A stretch of 64,000 nucleotides of DNA from Chitinophagaceae bacterium (GTDB taxonomy: Bacteria; Bacteroidota; Bacteroidia; Chitinophagales; Chitinophagaceae): positions 2,695,571 to 2,759,570 of the forward strand of contig JAULAZ010000003.1 of assembly GCA_032654705.1 (NCBI GenBank), read 5' to 3'. Below the pieces are notes generated by a model, which ran no database searches, had not been told where the DNA came from, and saw only the letters and a program-made list of their open reading frames with translations. The position numbers were made by a program, and so were the translations under genes. Below, piece by piece: positions 18,930 to 27,539 of this stretch. How positions within the stretch are numbered: position 1 is the first letter of the stretch; every line of letters starts with the position of its first letter.

Positions 18930-20719
18930 TAACAATATTTCCCTTCTGCTATCATTTTATCAGCAATCCTTCTCCGGGCATCTTTACTGTTAAATGATTC
19001 TGCTTTGGTAAATCGCTTCAGGCCCATGAGTATCATCCGCTGCTCATCGCCATCCGCAAATGCATTAACTGCATCTTTTCCTGATTTATTTATTTTGTCT
19101 GCAGCATCATACAGGTATGTTCTCGTAATGTCCAGGTGAAGCTGACAAGCAGCTTCTCCCAATTTATCTGTCAGCTTCATCACCCGCAGCAACACACTTT
19201 CTGCATTGAATACTTCAATAGCCATATCAGCAATGTTCATCAACACTTCCTGTTCATTATCGATTTTCATCATGAGTTTTTGAACGGCGGCTCCGGATAC
19301 CATCAGGATGGCTTTCTTAAGATTGGCTACCAATTTTCTTTCTTTGGCAAAAGGAGCTTCATCTTCTGAACCAAAATCAGGAATATTCATCAGTTCTTTT
19401 TGTACCGCCATAGCAGGGCCCATCAGATCCAGCCGTCCTCCCATTGCTCTTTTTAATGTCATATCCAAAATAAGCAACCGGTTAATTTCGTTTGTTCCCT
19501 CATAAATACGATTGATCCGGCTGTCACGATAAGCCCTTGAAATATTATACTCAGCACTATAACCATTCCCACCATGTATCTGTACCCCTTCATCTACAAC
19601 AAAATCGAGCACTTCGCTTCCATATACTTTCAGTATAGCACATTCAATAGCAAATTCTTCAGCACCGCCTAATAATGCTTCGTTAAATGGTTTACCTGCA
19701 GAAAGTAGTTCATGTTCTTTTTCATCAATCCACCTGGCAGTACGATACAAAGCTGATTCGCCGGTAAAAGTCCGGATAGCCATTTCGGCCAGCTTATGTT
19801 TTATCGCTCCAAAATTTGCAATAGGTTGTTTAAACTGTTCTCTTGTTTTTGCATATTCAATGCTGCTGTTCAAAGCCATTTTAGCGCCACCAATAGCAGC
19901 AGCAGCCAGTTTCAAACGGCCCAGGTTGAGAATATTAAAAGCAATCCGATGTCCTTTGCCAATTTCGCCCAGCAGATTTTCAACCGGCACTTTACAATCC
20001 TGGAAATATAACTGTACTGTTGAAGAACCTTTGATACCCATTTTATGTTCTTCAGGTCCCTGTGTAAATCCTTCTGTTCCTCTTTCAACAATAAATGCAG
20101 AAAACTTGTCTCCGTCCACTTTTGCAAATACAGTATAAACCTGTGCAAAACCACCATTGGTTATCCAGCATTTTTGTCCGTTCAATATATAATACTTGCC
20201 GTCATCGCTCAGCTTTGCAGATGTTTTTCCGCTTAGTGCATCACTGCCGCTGTTGGGTTCAGTTAATCCATAAGCACCAGCCCATTCGCCGGTAATGAGT
20301 TTTGGAATATATTTTTGTTTTTGAGCCGGTGTTCCAAAATACAGAATGGGCAATGTGCCGATGCCTGTATGTGCGGCAATAGCTACAGAGAAAGAAAATC
20401 CCGCACCAAGATATTCATTGATGATAGTTGATGTTACAAAGTCTTTGCCCAGTCCGCCATATTCTTCAGGAAAAGAAGTGGCCAGTAATCCCTGTTCGCC
20501 TGCTTTAGTCACAAGCGACTTCATCAGGCCGGGCTCCATACTATCAATCCTGTCAAGTATTGGATAAACTTCTGCCGCCACAAACTGATTACACATATCC
20601 TTAATCATCAGTTGTTCTTCACTGAAATCATCGGCAGTAAATGTTTCAAACGGGGATGATTCCTTTACCATCCATTCGCCGCCTTTTAAAACGGTCTTTG
20701 TTGCAGCTTCTGTACTCAT
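18926..20719 (-). CDS. Acyl-CoA dehydrogenase (long, FadE-type with C-terminal extension)
   Basis: 597 aa. Motifs include GLTEPNSGSDA, CWITNG and the C-terminal catalytic region IYEGTNEINRL. Confidence 0.9.
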   Translation of the reverse strand: MSTEAATKTVLKGGEWMVKESSPFETFTADDFSEEQLMIKDMCNQFVAAEVYPILDRIDSMEPGLMKSLVTKAGEQGLLATSFPEEYGGLGKDFVTSTIINEYLGAGFSFSVAIAAHTGIGTLPILYFGTPAQKQKYIPKLITGEWAGAYGLTEPNSGSDALSGKTSAKLSDDGKYYILNGQKCWITNGGFAQVYTVFAKVDGDKFSAFIVERGTEGFTQGPEEHKMGIKGSSTVQLYFQDCKVPVENLLGEIGKGHRIAFNILNLGRLKLAAAAIGGAKMALNSSIEYAKTREQFKQPIANFGAIKHKLAEMAIRTFTGESALYRTARWIDEKEHELLSAGKPFNEALLGGAEEFAIECAILKVYGSEVLDFVVDEGVQIHGGNGYSAEYNISRAYRDSRINRIYEGTNEINRLLILDMTLKRAMGGRLDLMGPAMAVQKELMNIPDFGSEDEAPFAKERKLVANLKKAILMVSGAAVQKLMMKIDNEQEVLMNIADMAIEVFNAESVLLRVMKLTDKLGEAACQLHLDITRTYLYDAADKINKSGKDAVNAFADGDEQRMILMGLKRFTKAESFNSKDARRRIADKMIAEGKYCY

Positions 20720-20793
20720 GATTATAAGTTTAAAATTTTTAGGATTAATTTTTTTTCTCTCTACTCAATGCAATATTCTTATTCATCTGTTTA

Positions 20794-21234
20794 CTATTTC
20801 AAGTTGTCATACACAATCTGCAACACCTCTTTACAAACATCAATCTTTTCAGGCGGCACAGTTTCCAATGCTTCGTTTAATGTTGCTTCTGCCAGCACCA
20901 TTGTTTCCTCCTGCAATTTCTGTGCTTGCTTTGTCAGGTATATTAAGTTGATCCGCCTGTCATTTTCAGAGGCTACTCTTTTTACCAGGTTTAATTTTTC
21001 AAGATTATCTACCAGTCGTGTTATGCTGGGCTTATCTCTGAATGTTGCATTGCATAATTCCTGCTGGCTGATACCCTCCTGTTTCCATAAATGATACAGC
21101 ACACTCCATTGCTCAATAGTAATATTCAATCCGGAAGCATTTAATTTTTTTTGTAACCTGCGGGCAATAGCAGTAGAAGCTTTCCCGGTGATAAAGCTGT
21201 ATAACTCTCCTTTCTTAAATTGGTTGTTTGGCAT
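20794..21234 (-). CDS. MarR family transcriptional regulator
   Basis: Winged-HTH pattern (ISQQELCNATFRDKPSITRLVDNLEKLNLVKR). I used the ATG at 21234; the TTG at 21258 is the track start. Confidence 0.8.
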   Translation of the reverse strand: MPNNQFKKGELYSFITGKASTAIARRLQKKLNASGLNITIEQWSVLYHLWKQEGISQQELCNATFRDKPSITRLVDNLEKLNLVKRVASENDRRINLIYLTKQAQKLQEETMVLAEATLNEALETVPPEKIDVCKEVLQIVYDNLK

Positions 21235-21317
21235 ATAGTTGTTTGTGCAACTATTCAAAATTAATAACTATATTTGAAATGTTCGTCATATTTTTTGATA
21301 AATTTTTTTCTTTCCAA

Positions 21318-22145
21318 ATGGAACCTCCACGGCTTAGCTACAGAAATTCTAACATCGGGTATTATCAATTCGGGTCAGGCCCAAAGCCTGCGCTATGCTT
21401 TCATGGTTATGGTGAAGACGCATCTATGTATAATTTTTTGGAGAAATATGTTGGTAATCAATACACTTTCTACGCTATTGATCTTCCTTTTCATGGCAGG
21501 ACTGAATGGAAGGAAGGTTTAAACTTCAGCCATAAAGACCTTATTCAAATCGTTGAAGAAATTCTCAACCTTGGAAGCCAGCAGCCAGAAACCGGCAACC
21601 AGAAACTTACACTTCTTGGCTTCAGTCTTGGTGGTCGTGCTGCATTAAGTCTTTGCCAGGCTATGCCGGAAAAAATTGAAAAAATGGTTTTGCTGGCGCC
21701 TGATGGGCTGAAAGTAAATTTCTGGTACTGGCTAGCTACACAAACATGGATTGGAAATAGATTCTTCCGCTTTACCATGAAACACCCGGGCTGGTTTTTT
21801 GGTTTCCTGAAAATGCTGAATAAATTAAAACTGGTCAATGCAAGTATTTTCAAATTTGTCAATTTCTATATTGGTAGGGCGGAAGCAAGACAGTTATTAT
21901 ATGCCCGGTGGACCACCCTTCGAAAACTAAAACCTGATATAACGAGTATAAAATCTTTCATCAGGGAAAATAACATTCAAACCAGGCTAATTTATGGAAA
22001 GCTTGATCGGATTATTTTATCATCAGTCGGGGAAAGATTCAGGAAGGGAATTGAAGAACAATGTTCGCTGTCTGTGATTCACTCCGGCCACCAGGTTCTG
22101 CATGAAAAACATATTGATGAAATATTAGCGTCTTTGCTGCACTGA
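21318..22145 (+). CDS. Alpha/beta hydrolase
   Basis: HGYGED oxyanion region and nucleophile elbow GFSLGG, with a C-terminal H in GHQVLHE. I chose the ATG at 21318; the track ORF starts earlier, at 21228. Confidence 0.75.
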   Translation: MEPPRLSYRNSNIGYYQFGSGPKPALCFHGYGEDASMYNFLEKYVGNQYTFYAIDLPFHGRTEWKEGLNFSHKDLIQIVEEILNLGSQQPETGNQKLTLLGFSLGGRAALSLCQAMPEKIEKMVLLAPDGLKVNFWYWLATQTWIGNRFFRFTMKHPGWFFGFLKMLNKLKLVNASIFKFVNFYIGRAEARQLLYARWTTLRKLKPDITSIKSFIRENNIQTRLIYGKLDRIILSSVGERFRKGIEEQCSLSVIHSGHQVLHEKHIDEILASLLH

Positions 22146-22172
22146 TTGCAATGATTAGTTTTGCCTGACTAC

Positions 22173-23315
22173 ATGATACTTCTCTATATCATCATAGCGT
22201 TATTTTTTCTCTACAGTTGCCTGATTATTTATTATTGGCTGGCGTGGAAATCTATTCCAGGTTTCATTTCTTCTATTTCATCGCCACAAACAAAAATAAG
22301 TGTCATTATTCCCGCCAGAAACGAAGAAGAAAATATCGGGCATTTGCTACAGGCACTGCAGAAACAAACTTATCCGTCTGCATTATTTGAAGTAATTGTA
22401 ATAGACGATCATTCAACAGACGAAACTGCCAGCATTATTGCGAAATATCCTTCAGTTAAATTATTACAATTAAAAGCAGACGCCATCAACTCGTATAAAA
22501 AGAAAGCTATCGAAAAAGGGATTGCTGCAGCTACAGGAGATTTGATCGTTACAACCGATGCCGATTGCCTGCCCTTGCCAAACTGGTTAAAAACAATTGC
22601 CGCCTTTAAAGAAGAAAAAGAATCAGTTTTTATTGCAGCGCCTGTTGTCCTCACCCCCAACCCCATTCCACTTCGTGGCGAGGGGAGCAACAGCCTTCTT
22701 TCCATATTTCAGCAGCTTGATTTTATGGTATTACAGGGCATAACTGGTGCCGCTGTTTTTAAAAAGCAGCTTTCTATGTGCAATGGCGCCAATCTTGCCT
22801 ATGAACGAAATTCTTTTCATGCAGTAAATGGATTTGCAGGCATAGATAATATTGCATCGGGTGATGATATGCTGCTGATGCATAAAATAGCGAAGCAATA
22901 TCCTGATAAAATTCATTACCTGAAATCAAAAGAAGCCATAGTATCTACACATCCTGTGAAGAGTTGGAAAGATTTTTTAAACCAGCGCATCCGCTGGGCC
23001 AGCAAAGCAGGGAAATATGATGACAAGCGAATCATTTTTGTTTTATTGCTGGTGTATTTTTTCAATCTTTCATTTCTGGCATTGGCAATCGCCGGTTTCT
23101 TCTGTTATCATTACTGGCTTTTTCTTGCTGGTCTTTGGTTGGCAAAAACAATTGTTGAGCTTCCGTTTGTTTTTTCGGTGGCGGGTTTCTTCAACAAACA
23201 ATCATTACTAAAGTATTTTTTCATTTTTCAACCACTTCATATATTCTACACAATTGTATCAGGTCTGTTTGGGCAGTTTGGGAAGTATGAGTGGAAAAGC
23301 AGAAGGGTGAGCTAA
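22173..23315 (+). CDS. Glycosyltransferase family 2 with C-terminal TM helices
   Basis: Motifs are IIPARNEE, DDHSTDET, TDADC and QRIRWASK (QxxRW). It is interrupted in frame by a GC-rich hairpin repeat (see 22654-22685). Confidence 0.8.
   Translation: MILLYIIIALFFLYSCLIIYYWLAWKSIPGFISSISSPQTKISVIIPARNEEENIGHLLQALQKQTYPSALFEVIVIDDHSTDETASIIAKYPSVKLLQLKADAINSYKKKAIEKGIAAATGDLIVTTDADCLPLPNWLKTIAAFKEEKESVFIAAPVVLTPNPIPLRGEGSNSLLSIFQQLDFMVLQGITGAAVFKKQLSMCNGANLAYERNSFHAVNGFAGIDNIASGDDMLLMHKIAKQYPDKIHYLKSKEAIVSTHPVKSWKDFLNQRIRWASKAGKYDDKRIIFVLLLVYFFNLSFLALAIAGFFCYHYWLFLAGLWLAKTIVELPFVFSVAGFFNKQSLLKYFFIFQPLHIFYTIVSGLFGQFGKYEWKSRRVS
22654..22685. repeat. GC-rich hairpin repeat, copy C, in frame inside the GT2 CDS
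   Basis: Sequence cccccaaccccattccacttcgtggcgagggg. It is translated as PNPIPLRGEG. Confidence 0.55.
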
Positions 23316-23320
23316 GAGAA

Positions 23321-23463
23321 AGCCAGAAGGAGAAAAGGAGTAGGAAAGAGTATAATTCGTTATTGTCTTCCCAATTCAAACTTTCATTTTGTTTTTATCT
23401 TTCATAATCTGCTCAAAACTCTTTTTCTTCTTTTCTCTTTTATTCTCTTAGCTTATCTTTCCT
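23321..23463. repeat. Long imperfect inverted repeat with a polypurine left arm and a polypyrimidine right arm
   Basis: The left arm is gctaagagaaagccagaaggagaaaaggagtaggaaagag and the right arm is ctctttttcttcttttctcttttattctcttagc. The terminal 10 nt (gctaagagaa / ttctcttagc) are perfect complements. The repeat fills the whole GT2-to-permease gap. Confidence 0.45.
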
Positions 23464-23465
23464 GC

Positions 23466-24545
23466 ATGAGCCAGTCTCAATCATTCCAGGCGGCAGCATG
23501 GCGGCGGCTGAAAAAAAACAAAGGCGCAATATTTGGGTTAATTATTATAGCCTTATCTGTGCTGGTTGCTCTTTTTGCTTATTTCATTGCGCCTGACTCT
23601 TCACCTAATGCCAATCGCATTATACTTGAAATCGGCGGAGAGAAACCGGGTTTCAAACAAACATTTATTAAAATAAAAAAAGAGAAAGATGTTGGAGCAA
23701 CTAGTTTTTTCACGCAATTAATAAAAGGCAAAGAAGATGATTGTTACTTTATACCAATAAAAGAGTATGGATATTCAGATGACAGTTTTTTTGTTAAAAA
23801 ATATATTGATGAAGATGTATATGAATCATTGTCTTTTCCAAGAAAAGCTGTAAAAGATATTGCTTTCAAAAAATATCTCCTTGGCACAGATAAATATGGC
23901 CGTGATATATTTAGCAGATTAATAGTTGGCACAAGGGTTAGTTTAAGTGTCGGCCTGATCACCGTAATCATTTCATTAAGCATTGGCTTGATACTCGGTT
24001 CTCTGGCAGGTTATTACCGTGGAAAAACAGATGATGTCATTATGTGGTTTATTAATGTTATCTGGAGTATTCCAACTTTGCTACTAGTGTTTGCCATTAC
24101 ACTTGCACTGGGCAAAGGTTTCTGGCAGGTGTTTATCGCCGTGGGATTAACCATGTGGGTAAGTGTGGCAAGATTGGTTCGGGGACAAGTGCTGGCTGCA
24201 AGGGAACAGGAATATGTGGAAGCAACAAGAGCATTGGGATTTTCCAATTTCAGAACGATTGTCCGGCATATATGGCCCAATATTATGGGACCTGTGATGG
24301 TAGTTGCCGCATCCAATTTTGCTTCTGCTATTGTAATTGAAGCAGGGTTGAGTTTTCTTGGTGTTGGTGTACAACCTCCCCAGCCAAGCTGGGGATTAAT
24401 GATAAAAGAAAATTATAATTTTATCATCACGCAAAATCCAATGCTGGCACTGGCGCCCGGCTTTGCTATCATGCTGCTGGTACTGGCTTTTAATTTATTG
24501 GGCAACGGGTTACGAGATGCCCTCAATGTCAGGGGAAGAGTCTGA
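23466..24545 (+). CDS. ABC transporter permease (DppC/OppC-type peptide permease)
   Basis: 359 aa. It has the EAA-loop region EYVEATRALGFSNFRTIVRHIWPN, typical of OppC/DppC. Confidence 0.85.
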   Translation: MSQSQSFQAAAWRRLKKNKGAIFGLIIIALSVLVALFAYFIAPDSSPNANRIILEIGGEKPGFKQTFIKIKKEKDVGATSFFTQLIKGKEDDCYFIPIKEYGYSDDSFFVKKYIDEDVYESLSFPRKAVKDIAFKKYLLGTDKYGRDIFSRLIVGTRVSLSVGLITVIISLSIGLILGSLAGYYRGKTDDVIMWFINVIWSIPTLLLVFAITLALGKGFWQVFIAVGLTMWVSVARLVRGQVLAAREQEYVEATRALGFSNFRTIVRHIWPNIMGPVMVVAASNFASAIVIEAGLSFLGVGVQPPQPSWGLMIKENYNFIITQNPMLALAPGFAIMLLVLAFNLLGNGLRDALNVRGRV

Positions 24546-25964
24546 GTCTTTTTTTGTATTTATATCAGTAATAACAAGTGTGGCTAAACATAAAAAGAAA
24601 AGACTTCCAATTTTATCAGTTTCAATAAGATCACTTAAAAAATTTACGACGATAATCATTGTTACAATTACACCAACCGTTATGGCTGTTGTTTTATAAA
24701 AAATATCTTTCACCCGGTGATATAAATACTGGGCATAGTATAACATGCCGCCTATTAAAACAACAAAAAATAATAACCCGGGAAGACCTTGTTCAATGGC
24801 TGTAAGCAAAAAATAATTATGAACCGTTGAATGATCTTTATTATCACTTACCCATGTTTTAAAAGCGGGAACAGCATATCCCTTATAATTATCATAAAAC
24901 GTATTGGGGCCATACCCGGTAAGCCGGTTATCTTTTATCATCCTTACTCCTGCTATCCAACGGTAAAATCGTTCAGCTGTGGAAACGTCCTTCAATTTAT
25001 AAGTAGCTACCAGATGCTCAGCAAAGTTATTGTGAAAAATTGTCGTCTTATAATCATTAGAATACCGAAGGTACCTGTCATTATTTTTTAACCAAATCAA
25101 TGACCCGGCAACAAGTATGATTGAAGCAAGAAATGCATAAATAAGCAATCTCTTTTTTATCAGCCAATAAGCAATCATTCCTACAAACAGCGCCAGCCAG
25201 GCGCCCCTGGCATAAGAAAAAAACAGCGCAATGAAAGTTATAAGAATGGCACAAGCCATCAATAGTTTCAGATTTTTTGTTTTGCCGGTTGAAAAAAATG
25301 CGAACAAAATTGGTATAGTACATACCAGCATCGCCGAATAATTGACATGGTTGCGGAAGAACGGATAAACGGCATCATTAATATTTGCAAAGCGGAATTC
25401 ATAATAATAATGCCGCAGCAGGGCAATAACGGCAATGAGAAACATAGAACCGGCAATTGCTGCAGCAGCAAGCTTAATGGATTTCTTTTCTTTGAAAATA
25501 ATTAATGGGGCAATGACAAAAGCACCGGCATACCAACATTTAGCCAATAAGTATTTTAATGAAAGAAAAGATTCAGTTGAAAACAAAACAGTAATTACCA
25601 GCCAACCAAAACTGATAAACAACAAAAGAAGTAAAGGGTGTTTTAAACTTTTTTTAGAAATCGCTTCCGGCGAAAAAACCCAATAAGCTATAAACAATCC
25701 CGAAACAAAAATCATCAAAAGCTCATCCGGAATATCTGTTCCAAGGCTGGAAGAAAAACTATATTCAAAAGAAAGCGGAAGGGAAAAAAGCAACAAATAA
25801 AAAACTGCTTCTTTGTTTCGCCATCCTGCAAAAAAAATAAGCGCCGCAAAGGGGATTAAGACCAGTAAATAGTGTTCCGTGTAAATGGCGGCTCCTGCCA
25901 AAACAATAAACAGTCCGGCTAAAAAAGTAAACAGGAATTTGTCTTTATGAATTGAAGCAATCAC
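24510..25964 (-). CDS. O-antigen ligase / Wzy-like polymerase family membrane protein
   Basis: 484 aa with at least 10 TM helices and a Wzy_C-like FFSYARGAWLALF segment. The start is GTG. Confidence 0.7.
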   Translation of the reverse strand: MIASIHKDKFLFTFLAGLFIVLAGAAIYTEHYLLVLIPFAALIFFAGWRNKEAVFYLLLFSLPLSFEYSFSSSLGTDIPDELLMIFVSGLFIAYWVFSPEAISKKSLKHPLLLLLFISFGWLVITVLFSTESFLSLKYLLAKCWYAGAFVIAPLIIFKEKKSIKLAAAAIAGSMFLIAVIALLRHYYYEFRFANINDAVYPFFRNHVNYSAMLVCTIPILFAFFSTGKTKNLKLLMACAILITFIALFFSYARGAWLALFVGMIAYWLIKKRLLIYAFLASIILVAGSLIWLKNNDRYLRYSNDYKTTIFHNNFAEHLVATYKLKDVSTAERFYRWIAGVRMIKDNRLTGYGPNTFYDNYKGYAVPAFKTWVSDNKDHSTVHNYFLLTAIEQGLPGLLFFVVLIGGMLYYAQYLYHRVKDIFYKTTAITVGVIVTMIIVVNFLSDLIETDKIGSLFFLCLATLVITDINTKKDSDSSPDIEGIS

Positions 25965-25966
25965 AT

Positions 25967-26812
25967 TCAGGATTTTTTCCTTCTTTCCATTACCAATGCT
26001 GCTAATAATGCAAAAAGAAAACTAAGCACGGCTGTGGCAATCATGATCTGCATTCTTTTGGGTTTGTCCGGGCATTTGGATGGTCTTGCTTTTTCTACCA
26101 CAATAAGTACGGGCGGTTTATTATCCACCATCAGTTGGTATTCGCTGATTAGTTTTTCGTACTGTGGTAATTGTTCTGTCAATGATTTTCGTTCGGCACC
26201 CAGACTATCAGCAATCTTCCTTTCAACAAGTGCTTTACTTAAATAATTATTAATACTGTCTATCCGGTTCCAGATTTTCTTATGTCTCGATTTTATCCCA
26301 TTCAATACAGCATCATTTCCCGCACTTTGCAGGTTCTGATGAATGGACTGTAATTCAGCCATAATTGCATTTGCCAGTTGCGGCGCCAGGTTTTTATCAG
26401 TGTCCCACACTTTTATCTTCAATTCACCATACTCACTCTTCATCACCCGGGTATTTTTTTTCAGCAATAAAGCAGCGCTGGTTCTTGCAGTATCTCCCTT
26501 TTCTTTCGTCTTATAATGATCAAAAAGATTAAACTGGTCAGTAACAAAAAGGTAAACCGTATCAAGGTTGGCAGTTCCCAAAATCATGTCAAGGTCATCC
26601 GGAGTGCCCAGTGTTGAATACAACGCCTGAATATTTTCATTAAAAACCCTTGCCTTATCTGAGGCAAAAGAACTGGCTGGAACAGCCGTCGTCACAGAAA
26701 GATATTGTCGTGGTTTTAAAAAAGTGATAACGCCAACTGTCAGCAATGACAATGCCATTACAGCGAGTATCTGTTTCCACCATCGGGCAAAAAGATCAAA
26801 AATGTCGGGCAT
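25967..26812 (-). CDS. Chain-length-determinant (Wzz-like) protein
   Basis: 281 aa. It has an N-terminal TM helix, a coiled periplasmic region and a C-terminal TM helix, which is the Wzz topology. It lies directly upstream of the ligase-like gene. Confidence 0.55.
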   Translation of the reverse strand: MPDIFDLFARWWKQILAVMALSLLTVGVITFLKPRQYLSVTTAVPASSFASDKARVFNENIQALYSTLGTPDDLDMILGTANLDTVYLFVTDQFNLFDHYKTKEKGDTARTSAALLLKKNTRVMKSEYGELKIKVWDTDKNLAPQLANAIMAELQSIHQNLQSAGNDAVLNGIKSRHKKIWNRIDSINNYLSKALVERKIADSLGAERKSLTEQLPQYEKLISEYQLMVDNKPPVLIVVEKARPSKCPDKPKRMQIMIATAVLSFLFALLAALVMERRKKS

Positions 26813-26952
26813 ATAATTTTTTTATCTGTTGGTAAATAAAATTCGTTGTATCCAATCAAAAATCATCAATGAATGTAGCAATTCCTGGCAAATAATTGAA
26901 TCAAACATGTATCGGCATTAAATAAAAATTATCTGCATAATCTAAAATGGCA

Positions 26953-27417
26953 TTACATCACTTTTACATTACGGTTAAAGCTTTCATCCAAAGAAATAAA
27001 TGTTTCGGTACGTTCAATGCCTTTTATTTTCTGCAACTGGTCATGCAGCACAAATTTCAACTGCGAAATATCTTTACAAACAATTTCTGCAAACATGCTG
27101 TAATTGCCCGTGGTATAATTCAACCGTACAATCTCAGATATTTTCTGCAATTCTTTAGCCACGGAATCATACAAGGAACTTTCTTTCAGGTAAATCCCAA
27201 TAAAAGCAATAACATCATGCCCCATTTGCTTCAGATCTATCTTAAGCCTTGAACCTGTTACCACTCCTGCCTCCTGCAGTTTCTTAATACGAACATGAAT
27301 GGTGCCACCGGACACAAATAGTTTCTTTCCCAGATCAGCATAAGATATCTCTGCATTCTCCATCATGTGCTGGATAATCTGCAGATCCAATTTGTCAAGA
27401 TTTAATTTAGCAGGCAT
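26953..27417 (-). CDS. Lrp/AsnC family transcriptional regulator
   Basis: 154 aa with an N-terminal HTH (LDLQIIQHMMENAEISYADLGKKLFVSGGTIHVRIKKL) and a C-terminal RAM/AsnC_trans_reg domain. Confidence 0.9.
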   Translation of the reverse strand: MPAKLNLDKLDLQIIQHMMENAEISYADLGKKLFVSGGTIHVRIKKLQEAGVVTGSRLKIDLKQMGHDVIAFIGIYLKESSLYDSVAKELQKISEIVRLNYTTGNYSMFAEIVCKDISQLKFVLHDQLQKIKGIERTETFISLDESFNRNVKVM

Positions 27418-27507
27418 TTTGAATATGCTTTTTGAATATTTTCAAAATAATCAGCAAATATTTGAAAAATTTCTATAGTTTCAAAATAAGTGTTTGAAAA
27501 TTTTGAA
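27418..27507. promoter_or_regulatory. Array of TTTGAA/TTCAAA half-sites upstream of the Lrp gene (candidate operator region)
   Basis: TTTGAA occurs at 27418, 27431, 27461, 27493 and 27502. TTCAAA occurs at 27441 and 27480. The array includes the perfect 16-nt palindrome TTTGAATATTTTCAAA at 27431-27446. Confidence 0.4.
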
Positions 27508-27533
27508 CAAAACTGCTTACCCGCCTATATTTG
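27503..27533 (+). promoter_or_regulatory. Bacteroidota-type promoter (TTG -33 / TATATTTG -7)
   Basis: A TTG at 27503-27505 is followed 20 nt later by TATATTTG at 27526-27533. This matches the TTG-N(17-23)-TAnnTTTG consensus known for Bacteroidota sigma-A promoters. Confidence 0.45.
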
Positions 27534-27539
27534 GGCTAT

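Noticed and set aside
24510-24545. 36-nt convergent overlap of the ABC permease and the O-antigen-ligase-like gene, considered as a possible frameshift or assembly artefact
   Set aside because: Both ORFs keep family-typical C-termini up to their stops. Short convergent overlaps are common and no disrupted motif is seen. The same holds for the 4-nt overlap at 18926-18929.
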